A DNA stretch of 64,000 nucleotides, from IMG/VR virus record IMGVR_UViG_2838948833_000001, positions 10,725 to 74,724 of that record; one strand, 5' to 3'. Source of the DNA: a virus. Its lineage: Duplodnaviria; Caudoviricetes. Shown one piece after another: positions 51,082 to 58,846 of this stretch. Made by a program: the position numbers and the translations under genes. The notes beneath the pieces are model-generated. The model did no database searches. It was not told the DNA's origin and saw only the letters and a program-made list of their open reading frames with translations. How positions within the stretch are numbered: the stretch's first letter is position 1; each line of letters starts with the position of its first letter.

Positions 51082-51513
51082 TTACTTGATTAATACAATT
51101 CCAGTTTGAGGCCTTCCGAACTTGACAATTATTGTATTTAAATCTTCTTCGTAATGTATAGTGGTTAAAACTTTTTCTGTTCCAATGATAGGGATTGCTT
51201 CTACGTATCGACCAAGGTTATGAGGTATAACTACCTCTGAAAGATTGCTAAACTGATACGTCTTTCCTCCTACGTCTTTTACTGTAGCGAACTTATCAAC
51301 TCCATTTTCTCCATCATTAATCAAATCAGAAGTTTTCTTTGGCACTTCAAAGTCAATTTCAACTTCTTGCTTAATTACTTCTGATAAACTCTTGACAGAA
51401 AAGGTCTTGGTTTGAAGAACTTTTTTATTAGCAGCATCAGTACCAATAAGATAGTCCTCAATCGTTACATTGTAATCCTCTGGGTAAACATCCTTATTAC
51501 TAATCTTTGCCAT
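51082..51513 (-). CDS. Tail-associated protein
   Basis: MAKIS...Y......D.LIGTD; KTSDLINDG; HNLG. Confidence 0.7.
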   Translation of the reverse strand: MAKISNKDVYPEDYNVTIEDYLIGTDAANKKVLQTKTFSVKSLSEVIKQEVEIDFEVPKKTSDLINDGENGVDKFATVKDVGGKTYQFSNLSEVVIPHNLGRYVEAIPIIGTEKVLTTIHYEEDLNTIIVKFGRPQTGIVLIK

Positions 51514-51537
51514 TATAAATAAAATCTATCGTAATCA

Positions 51538-51578
51538 ATTCAAAGATAGAAAAAAATTATACAATTGTCATATATTTG
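51538..51578. promoter_or_regulatory. Divergent promoters: late class B (-) and TATATTTG (+) for the adjacent regulator
   Basis: CAAAGATA at 51541-51548 and TATATTTG at 51571-51578. Confidence 0.7.
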
Positions 51579-51614
51579 TTACGTAATGATTACACAAAAC
51601 AGAAAAAAAACACC

Positions 51615-52193
51615 ATGAGCAAGAGAATAGAATTGATGATCAAACTTCCTCCATTGGCTAAAAAAAGAATGGAAAACGACAAAACGAAAATTGTTGAGGC
51701 ATTTTTTAAAGGGAATGAAGCAGAAGCCTATACGAAATTACAATTCGCTAGGATATACAAAGGGTATGATTTACTTGAGGACTTTGGATATGTTCGACAT
51801 GCTATTCAAAGAAAGTACGATATCAGCGTAACGCTACTTGAAACTATCTTATACTTGGTTCCGAAAAACTACTTCATGGTGGATGACCTAAGAGAAATTA
51901 CTCAAATTCGCTACACCTATAAAAAAGTTGATACTTTAATCCGATTGGGGTATGTAACTCGCGCAGCTAAGGGAGGAAATAAAAATGAACACCTTTATAC
52001 AGCAACAGCCAAAGCACGTCAAATTTGCCAAGAAATGCACGAAATGTTAGCAGGGGAGATTCCTATTCCAGAAGAACTTTATAACACAAAAGAAGCTTCT
52101 AAAAGCGATTTAATAAAGGCTGAAATCATTAAAAAATTAAATAAAAAAGAAAAGCCCAAAACAGTGAAATTGCTTTGGGCTAGGAAAGCTTAA
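51615..52193 (+). CDS. Winged-helix (MarR-like) DNA-binding protein, candidate late regulator
   Basis: LE.ILYL...L......V..L...GYV.R.......Y..T.KAR pattern; divergent from the late operon. Confidence 0.55.
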   Translation: MSKRIELMIKLPPLAKKRMENDKTKIVEAFFKGNEAEAYTKLQFARIYKGYDLLEDFGYVRHAIQRKYDISVTLLETILYLVPKNYFMVDDLREITQIRYTYKKVDTLIRLGYVTRAAKGGNKNEHLYTATAKARQICQEMHEMLAGEIPIPEELYNTKEASKSDLIKAEIIKKLNKKEKPKTVKLLWARKA

Positions 52194-52773
52194 TAGTGTA
52201 TTCTACTGGCTTCATAAGACAATGAAATTTATCATTAATAACTAACTCTTGTCTATAGTTTTCATTGTTTTTATCCTTGAAATAAAAAACAATTTTACCT
52301 AATTTATTTTTTGACACCAAATTTCTTGATTTTATATCTGATAACTCAAAATCAATAGAGTGCCTAGTACTAAATAAAGTATGATCTATTTCGATTTCTA
52401 TTAAAATAGTTGTTCCTACATTAACAATAGTGTTTTCATATATTAGATTAGAAATTATTCTATAATCATTATGTAAATCAGTATCAAACTTGAAGTCTAT
52501 TAGCAAATTATCTTCTACTTCTAGTTTTATTTCAGTTCGATAAACATTTCTAAAATTATTTGACATCATACCTGAAAAGTCAACTAACTTTAAAAAAGGT
52601 TTATTGTTATCTCTGAATTTTTTAATCTCAAGATTTGTTATCTTCTGCTGCTCAACTAATGTTTTATTTTGAGCCTTTAAAGTTCTCCATAAAAATACAA
52701 TAGATACTATTGCGCCTAAGCTACTTATTGCTTGAATCCAATTAGGAACTATTTTCCAATCAATTTCACACAT
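52180..52773 (-). CDS. Membrane-anchored hypothetical protein (low GC)
   Basis: N-terminal TM followed by coiled coil and P.L motif. Confidence 0.65.
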   Translation of the reverse strand: MCEIDWKIVPNWIQAISSLGAIVSIVFLWRTLKAQNKTLVEQQKITNLEIKKFRDNNKPFLKLVDFSGMMSNNFRNVYRTEIKLEVEDNLLIDFKFDTDLHNDYRIISNLIYENTIVNVGTTILIEIEIDHTLFSTRHSIDFELSDIKSRNLVSKNKLGKIVFYFKDKNNENYRQELVINDKFHCLMKPVEYTIKLS

Positions 52774-52782
52774 AGGATAAAA

Positions 52783-53061
52783 TTATGAAGACACTGTGTT
52801 GATTACTGCTTCTTCTGGTGTTCTACCTATTTCATTCAAAAATAAACAATGAACACCACCTATATTAGTAGTCATCTGAACAGCTACTGATACTTGAAAA
52901 GGTTTGTCATCTCTATAACTAATTCCTTCTAATATACATTTTCTTACTTTATTATTTCCAAAACAAACATAATACGTTTCCCCAATAACTAAATCAAAAG
53001 TTTTTCTTAAACTAATATGTATAGGTTTTACATCTTTACTAACTTTAATTATTTTATGCAT
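52783..53061 (-). CDS. Hypothetical protein
   Basis: 92-aa ORF; EIG.TPEEAV.N motif. Confidence 0.6.
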   Translation of the reverse strand: MHKIIKVSKDVKPIHISLRKTFDLVIGETYYVCFGNNKVRKCILEGISYRDDKPFQVSVAVQMTTNIGGVHCLFLNEIGRTPEEAVINTVSS

Positions 53062-53240
53062 GTTATATATTTTTATACACGCAAGATAATCAAAAATAAT
53101 AAAAGGTAAATCTAATTTGAATTAGTGTAAAAGTTAGGTTATTCTATTCCATTTTGAATAATCTAACTTATTAAAAAAATATTTATCTTTGATATGTAGT
53201 TACTGGTTTTCCATAAATAAGATAAGTTGCTAAAAATCAG

Positions 53241-53280
53241 TAAAAAAAAAGCACCAGACTTCGAAATATGGTGCTTAAAA
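53241..53280. terminator. Bidirectional terminator
   Basis: A-run, then AAGCACCA...TGGTGCTT hairpin. Confidence 0.7.
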
Positions 53281-53544
53281 TTCCAATATAAATGGAGAAG
53301 TTTTTATTATTATTAACTGTCGTGCTCAAGGAGCATGGGCAGAAAGGAACATTAGTGCCGTTCCTCTTAGGTTTTAGTTTTGCACTTCTTGTTGTTGTAT
53401 ATATGTTTATCAAAACACTATAAAAAACAACTATTTAAAAGTCAGTAGTTAGAGCTGCTGGCTTTTATCCTTCCATGTGTTTACAAAAGTACAAACTTTT
53501 TTGTAAATTATCAAATTTTATAATTTGATAATTTTTAATTTTTT

Positions 53545-53799
53545 TTACAAAACAAACTCAACATCATCTTTTTCTCTCAAAACAAGATGTTCAATACCAT
53601 CAATTACCATTTGTAATCCATCCGAATATTTAAACTTTCGTACGCAATCACCTGATTTAATATACTTCACTTTTACGCCAACTTCAACTACTTTGTATTC
53701 ATTTTCGCTTTGGTAGTTTGTAGGTAAGATTAAGCCACTTTCTGTTTGCTTTTCTTCTACTATGCGAGTGCATAAAATTCTATCTCCTAATAGCTGCAT
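53545..53799 (-). CDS. groES: Co-chaperonin GroES homologue
   Basis: LGDRIL....EE..TESGLILP...VVEVG......GD.V....G....IDG...LVLRE.D. Confidence 0.9.
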   Translation of the reverse strand: MQLLGDRILCTRIVEEKQTESGLILPTNYQSENEYKVVEVGVKVKYIKSGDCVRKFKYSDGLQMVIDGIEHLVLREKDDVEFVL

Positions 53800-53802
53800 A
53801 GT

Positions 53803-54870
53803 TTACTTTTTAATATTTATTAATCTAATAGTCATCTCGTTTACATCTACCTCTAAAATAGAATCATTTGCTTTGATATCATATTCAATCGAAAGTCTTT
53901 TTAAAATTCTATTAAATAAGTATTTTTGAGAATAACCTTTATCAAAATCTTCATCAATAATATATTCAAGTCCTACATTAGTATATCCTCTTTTATGATA
54001 ATAAACATCTTCAATTCGATGTTTAGGAACAACTCTAATAAATCCTCTAGTAAATAGAGTTTGGACAGCATGATTGACTAAACGAGAGGTCCTACCCGTT
54101 CTACGTTTGGTATGTTTTGTATCTGTATCCACATTCAAAAAGTAAAAGAGGTCTTTAGTCCATTTAGCATCTGACAAAGCGTTGTGGCAATTAATCTCTT
54201 TTGGATATCCACCATATTTTTTCAAATCAATTGGAGTCATTTTTTGAATTTCCTCCTTAATTTGATTCACATCTATTGTATACATAGGAAAACCCTTTGG
54301 TAAGTCTTTCATTAGACCAAACAACCAACAAAAAACAACATGATCATAAGCCGAGTAATAGCCATATAGTTCTGGCTTTGTAATCGAACCTAAAAAACCA
54401 ATTATCTCACCAGCTATCTGCTTATTTGATTTGCCGTATTTATCCAATAGTTTTCTAAACCACTTCTTGTTTTTTGACCAAGTTTCATGCGATTTAAAAA
54501 CCTCAAGAGTAACTTCTTTTCCTTTATAAAGCCATTCATCTTTAAAATGGATATCGTGGAACTCGCGCATAGCTAACTCAAAGAAAATAGGCATTAGTAC
54601 GTTTTCTCGAATCCAATATACTTTTGTTATTATACCCTCTGGAAAATAGTTTCTCATATCTCCATAAGTAGGTACTAGCTTTTCATCATACCTGTTCCAA
54701 GCCTCATCTAGATTAAAATCTTTAGAAATAGCATAATACTCTCGGTTATCTTCTGAAACAATTCCAATTGAAATTAAATCGATGGTCGGTTTTGTTTTGC
54801 CAATAGGAAAACCTAAGAAACGTTTCGTTTGTGGGCCTTCTAAAAATTCGGTGTCATAAAAATATTTCAT
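53803..54870 (-). CDS. DEDDh 3'-5' exonuclease (Rv2179c-like) with C-terminal extension
   Basis: YFYDTEF.E, DLISIG.V.ED.REYYA, YYSAYDHV, HNAL.DA.W. Confidence 0.88.
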   Translation of the reverse strand: MKYFYDTEFLEGPQTKRFLGFPIGKTKPTIDLISIGIVSEDNREYYAISKDFNLDEAWNRYDEKLVPTYGDMRNYFPEGIITKVYWIRENVLMPIFFELAMREFHDIHFKDEWLYKGKEVTLEVFKSHETWSKNKKWFRKLLDKYGKSNKQIAGEIIGFLGSITKPELYGYYSAYDHVVFCWLFGLMKDLPKGFPMYTIDVNQIKEEIQKMTPIDLKKYGGYPKEINCHNALSDAKWTKDLFYFLNVDTDTKHTKRRTGRTSRLVNHAVQTLFTRGFIRVVPKHRIEDVYYHKRGYTNVGLEYIIDEDFDKGYSQKYLFNRILKRLSIEYDIKANDSILEVDVNEMTIRLINIKK

Positions 54871-55067
54871 ACAATTATATTTTTTTCTGCTGTTATTTCG
54901 TAATCATGGTATATATCGTATTTCTCTCCTTGTTTAATTCCATACATCACCTCTTTATTTCCTACAATGATATACGCAACTAATCGAGGTAATTGGTCAG
55001 GATCTGTTCTTAAATAAACAGTTTGCTTTATCTCAAATTCTATTTCAGTGACTATCGTTTTTGACAT
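54867..55067 (-). CDS. Hypothetical protein
   Basis: VYL.TDPDQ.PR.V motif. Confidence 0.7.
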   Translation of the reverse strand: MSKTIVTEIEFEIKQTVYLRTDPDQLPRLVAYIIVGNKEVMYGIKQGEKYDIYHDYEITAEKNIIV

Positions 55068-55078
55068 AGCAGTATATT

Positions 55079-55276
55079 TTACTTAACAATCTGCGCAAAC
55101 TCGCCTTGTTTCCAAAAGCAAATAATACCAGAAGGACTTGTTACTGTATCTTCATCCGGATTATACTGCAATCGAGGAACGTTGGTTACGTTTACTTCTT
55201 TGCCCAATTTCAAACAGTGAATTGCTTTGGCTTTAGCAAAGTGTTTTTCTATTTTCTTTAAATCTTTCTCGTTCAT
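55079..55276 (-). CDS. Hypothetical protein
   Basis: 65-aa ORF in the operon. Confidence 0.6.
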   Translation of the reverse strand: MNEKDLKKIEKHFAKAKAIHCLKLGKEVNVTNVPRLQYNPDEDTVTSPSGIICFWKQGEFAQIVK

Positions 55277-55340
55277 AACATTTCAAAATAAAAAAGCTGG
55301 CTTACGAGAAACCAGCCTTTAACAACACAACTAATTTTTT

Positions 55341-55613
55341 TTAATCGATGATAATCCAATCTTCTGATAGAATATCACTTCCACTCGGAACCCACATAGC
55401 ATGATCGCCTTGAGCAGTTCTCAATTGAAAATAAGGTCTGACTTTAAATAAATCACCTTCTTTCAATCCCCAAGCTTCAGCAGTTTGCTTATTACATGGA
55501 ATGCCATCAGGATAACCTTTTTGCAAAACAGCAAACATTCCTTGTCCGTTCCATCCTTCTCTTGATACTTTCTTACCTTGTTTTAATGCTTCTAAAGCTT
55601 TTCCAAAATTCAT
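55341..55613 (-). CDS. DUF2829 family protein (Thoeris anti-defence Tad2-like)
   Basis: MNFG.ALEALK.GKKV.R.GWNG.GMF...W.PS..D.L.EDW. Confidence 0.88.
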   Translation of the reverse strand: MNFGKALEALKQGKKVSREGWNGQGMFAVLQKGYPDGIPCNKQTAEAWGLKEGDLFKVRPYFQLRTAQGDHAMWVPSGSDILSEDWIIID

Positions 55614-55620
55614 AGCAATT

Positions 55621-55797
55621 TTATTTAGGGTTATTTTTAATTCGCTCAATTATCGTATTGTATTCTTGAATCCATTCAGTAGGAACAGCCATTTCTGATT
55701 TGCGGTAACGAACAATAGCTTCTACTATTTCGGTTAGACGTTCGTTGTCCAATTCATTCTGCGTTCTTATTCCATAAGGAGGGGCTTGCTCTAACAT
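55621..55797 (-). CDS. Small hypothetical protein (58 aa, MLEQAPPYGI...)
   Basis: Read from sequence; fills the gap between rusA and DUF2829. Confidence 0.65.
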   Translation of the reverse strand: MLEQAPPYGIRTQNELDNERLTEIVEAIVRYRKSEMAVPTEWIQEYNTIIERIKNNPK

Positions 55798-55799
55798 AC

Positions 55800-56120
55800 C
55801 TACTCGATTTTAAATTTCACATACTCTTCGCCTTTCTTTACAAGGACCTTTGAAACAGTTCCTCTGTAAATATCCCGATCATCAATACCGTACTTCTTGC
55901 ATAGTATATCTTGAAAAGGCTTTATAGGATTATCCCAATCAGAAAGTTTACTTGAAACTCCAAACTCAAAAGTGATTGAAAAAGGAGGGTTGGGTATTTC
56001 AATTCGCTTAGGCAACATCAGCAAAACCGCTTTTTCGTACTCTTTGTACCCTGTAGTCTTGAAGCGTTTGCCTTGCCACGCAGAATTTACCGAAAGGGGT
56101 TTGATATTAACTGTTATCAC
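55800..56120 (-). CDS. rusA: RusA-like Holliday junction resolvase
   Basis: PLSVN.AW, D.DNP.K...D.L...GIDD..I. Confidence 0.85.
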   Translation of the reverse strand: MITVNIKPLSVNSAWQGKRFKTTGYKEYEKAVLLMLPKRIEIPNPPFSITFEFGVSSKLSDWDNPIKPFQDILCKKYGIDDRDIYRGTVSKVLVKKGEEYVKFKIE

Positions 56121-56302
56121 TATTCAACCTTTTTACCTAATCCATCGGAATACACCCCCTCTTGATAGGCTTGTACACTCCAACCTTTACTTTTACTAAT
56201 CGATTTCATTTTTTCATATTCGGCAAGTGTCATTTTCTTTCTCATTACAACCTCAACAATAGTATTATCGGGAAGCAATGTTGTCTTGATTTGTTTCGCC
56301 AT
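56120..56302 (-). CDS. Hypothetical protein
   Basis: 60-aa coupled ORF. Confidence 0.6.
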   Translation of the reverse strand: MAKQIKTTLLPDNTIVEVVMRKKMTLAEYEKMKSISKSKGWSVQAYQEGVYSDGLGKKVE

Positions 56303-56381
56303 GATTCAATGATTTAAAAAAAGTATGGGGACTTTTTATAGTGCAGCGTTAAAGCATATTTCAGAATAACGGGACACTTTG

Positions 56382-56484
56382 CTAAGTAGTCAGGACTCGA
56401 ACCTGAACGTATTATATTCTGAATACCGCTATAATAAGCTATAATACCTCGGATAGTGCGTCTAACCAATTCCGCCACTACTTA
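56382..56484 (-). ncRNA. tRNA-Leu-like RNA with intact acceptor, D and T arms but a distorted anticodon arm (pseudo-tRNA)
   Basis: TAAGTAG/CTACTTA acceptor, TGGCGGAATTGGTTAGACGC D arm, TCAGG-TTCGAGT-CCTGA T arm; 103 nt. Confidence 0.7.
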
Positions 56485-56543
56485 CCATTACTTTTTACAG
56501 AAGCAACAAACTGGTTATTAACCAAAACCTATAATATGAATTG

Positions 56544-56617
56544 CAGTCTATACGAGATTCGAACTCGCGACCTCTTGCGTGACAAGCAAGCACTCTAGCC
56601 AACTGAGCTAATAGACT
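56544..56617 (-). tRNA. tRNA-Asp(GTC)
   Basis: AGTCTAT/ATAGACT acceptor, CTTGC-TTGTCAC-GCAAG anticodon arm, TTCGAAT T loop, G discriminator; no encoded CCA. Confidence 0.95.
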
Positions 56618-56732
56618 AAAAAAATGAAGTGTTTGTTTAAGAAAAAAAAGCCTTTCCTAAGAACGTCAATAAAGCAGATGAATACTTAATGATCAGAAAG
56701 GCTTTTTTAAAGGTTTGTTGTTTATTTAAAAG

Positions 56733-57041
56733 CTAGGTAATCCTAATTTTATCGCGAATGCAAATATCGACCTTGGATGCCGATGTGCCCAAATTTAGCG
56801 ATTTAGAGTAAGTATAAATATGTTTTTTATCAGGAAATATCCTGGGGACTAAAACATATTGCCTACCTACATAAGCTTTTAAATCCGCAGAAGCGAAAAC
56901 CGCATCCACTTTTACTACATCAGAAAAAGAAACAAGCTCTACTTTCTGTTTTGAATTTTCGCTCAGGTCTATTGTAGTCTTACAGATTCCCGCAATACTG
57001 AAGCATAACAGCATTGTAAAAAGCATAAACAAACGTTTCAT
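56733..57041 (-). CDS. Secreted hypothetical protein between tRNAs
   Basis: Start MKRLFMLFTMLLCFSIAG (signal peptide) a few nt after tRNA-Trp. Confidence 0.55.
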   Translation of the reverse strand: MKRLFMLFTMLLCFSIAGICKTTIDLSENSKQKVELVSFSDVVKVDAVFASADLKAYVGRQYVLVPRIFPDKKHIYTYSKSLNLGTSASKVDICIRDKIRIT

Positions 57042-57047
57042 AGTTTG

Positions 57048-57118
57048 CACGCAAGAAAGGATTCGAACCTCTGCAAACAGTTTTGGAGACTGTTGTGCTA
57101 CCACTACACCACATGCGC
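57048..57118 (-). tRNA. tRNA-Trp(CCA)
   Basis: ACAGT-CTCCAAA-ACTGT anticodon arm, AGAGG-TTCGAAT-CCTTT T arm, acceptor with one mismatch. Confidence 0.92.
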
Positions 57119-57125
57119 TTAAATA

Positions 57126-57250
57126 AAACCACTTGCCAGCCGTGCAATAAGGATGTCAAAAAGCCTCTTCAAAGCACCCTTGAATCTGCTATTACGATTC
57201 CACGTTGGTCTGTCATTACCTCAGCTAATCTAGTTAGCGACAAGTAGTTT
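57126..57250 (-). ncRNA. Putative structured small RNA abutting the 5' end of tRNA-Trp
   Basis: 12-bp closing stem AAACTACTTGTC/GGCAAGTGGTTT, internal hairpins, raised GC, no ORF; complementary to the terL and endolysin leaders. Confidence 0.65.
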
Positions 57251-57287
57251 AATTTTTATATACACAAATGCCAAAAATGTCAATGAT

Positions 57288-57593
57288 CTATTTCAAATAT
57301 TCCAAAGCCAATCGGTCATATAATTCGGAAGCAGTTTCAATTAACACCTCATCCCCTTTTTCGATTCGCCCAAAATTGCAGAAGAAACAATAGTGATCAA
57401 TTTCACTCAAGACTTCCTTTTGACCGTTAAAATGAAAAAGTACTATATCCTTAATCGCTTTCAACAAAAATGAGTTATCATAAACAGGCACCGTTGTTCC
57501 ATACAACTGAGTCAAACCATTTGAGATTTCATAATCTCGTGTCGTTTGCTCTTTTATCGATTCAATTACCAATACAAAGAGGTCCTTGTTCAT
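57288..57593 (-). CDS. Hypothetical protein
   Basis: Start MNKDLF; I..Y.F..NFG and ELYD.L motifs common in phage proteins. Confidence 0.7.
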   Translation of the reverse strand: MNKDLFVLVIESIKEQTTRDYEISNGLTQLYGTTVPVYDNSFLLKAIKDIVLFHFNGQKEVLSEIDHYCFFCNFGRIEKGDEVLIETASELYDRLALEYLK

Positions 57594-58151
57594 AATTTCA
57601 TTTTTGATACATGACAAATATATAAAACATTTTACACAATTACATAACAATCATATAAATTATTTTACACAAAAAATTACATGATTACATAAAATAGATT
57701 TTGAACTAAAGACAAACAAAAGAAAAGGCCGTTTTTAAGCCTTGAAATTATCAAAATGAGTATTCGGTTATTTGAAAGAAGAAAACCTCTTAGAAGTAAA
57801 GAAAAGGAGGTTAAATATTAAAATTGAGATATGGTAGTGTGTTTGGGATGGTATACATGTTTCAGAACGAACGGACCGCAAAAGGAAAACGCGATTAAAA
57901 AGGGTATTGGGGGTAGATTTGCATTTCAACTCAAAAACATTTTAGCTTTTTATATCCATGCATCCAAAGCTAATTTTAAGCAGCAACTAATTTCAACATT
58001 ATGTTTCTAGCTTTATCGATTATCCAGGATCTAAACTGCTGCAAAAGAAAACTGTAATCCTAGTATGATTCGAATCAAACAACTCAAACAACTGTAAAAC
58101 AACGCCTTAAGATTTCATTATTTAAAAGTTGCACAACCATTGCACAACTAC

Positions 58152-58307
58152 TCATAAACTATGACGCTTCTTCCAGTACTCTAAAAGGTCGTTAAGTTCC
58201 TGTACTGCTGCGTTATACTTCGCTGGGACTTTCTTTTTACGAATGGATTGGTTATTGCCTGACAATACCTTACTTAGTTCCGCTACGTTGATTAATTCAT
58301 TTATCAT
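58152..58307 (-). CDS. Small HTH-like hypothetical protein
   Basis: MINELINVAELSKVLSGN..SIR...P.KY; internal ATG preferred. Confidence 0.6.
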   Translation of the reverse strand: MINELINVAELSKVLSGNNQSIRKKKVPAKYNAAVQELNDLLEYWKKRHSL

Positions 58308-58647
58308 AATATACAGTTTTATGTACTTTTCTCCCGAGCTAAGATACAGTTTTATGTATTTCAATCAAAACTAAACTACACAAACAAAAAGCAAGCTAAA
58401 CGACAGCGCGTTTGTGTTTGTTTTTTCAACCTCCTTCCCTCACATCAATACGATTCATTTGCTATTATATCTCATAACAGTTCAATTATTTACTCATCTT
58501 AATAGTTGTATGCACGAACTTTAATTAAAGCCTTTAAAACAAAGGGAATTAAGTTATTATAAGCTTTGTCTATTGAATTGTACTGTACCATAGAAATTAC
58601 GTATCAAAACTTTTCAAACAATGCTTTTTTATGTAAAATTCTTACTA

Positions 58648-58655
58648 TACATTTG
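58648..58655 (+). promoter_or_regulatory. Putative early promoter -7 element
   Basis: TACATTTG matches TAnnTTTG upstream of the rightward gene cluster. Confidence 0.55.
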
Positions 58656-58846
58656 TGTAGTAGAAAATAAGAAATAAAACATCTTCTTTTTACACTCCCC
58701 CCTGGGGGCGTTCTTTGACTTACTGTCTGCTCTCTTATATGTCTTGGTTGTAGTTGTTAGATTATAACTAAGCGAATCAGGCTTGATAATTACCACTATG
58801 CAAGCCGTTACCACAAATATTAAATAACCCTATTAAAACTTATAAA

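Noticed and set aside
55058-55067. 10-nt complementarity of the sRNA seed to AUGUCAAAAA at a gene start
   Set aside because: A-rich and short, with no GCC or hairpin context; plausibly chance
56320-56381. Twister or theta ribozyme 3' of the tRNA-like RNA
   Set aside because: TAACGCTG and GTCCC pieces resemble twister, but I could not build the pseudoknot partners or an HDV-like fold
56643-56708. AAAGCC/GGCTTT matches as further sRNA targets (also 43682 and 61490)
   Set aside because: These are terminator-like self-pairing stems or coding sequence and lack the CUGUCA box and an adjacent start codon
57042-57104. N-terminal extension of the 123-aa ORF
   Set aside because: Overlaps tRNA-Trp; the ATG at 57041 gives a clean signal peptide
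58308-58364. KYIKLY peptide repeat as a protein feature
   Set aside because: Better explained as a DNA direct repeat upstream of the true ATG
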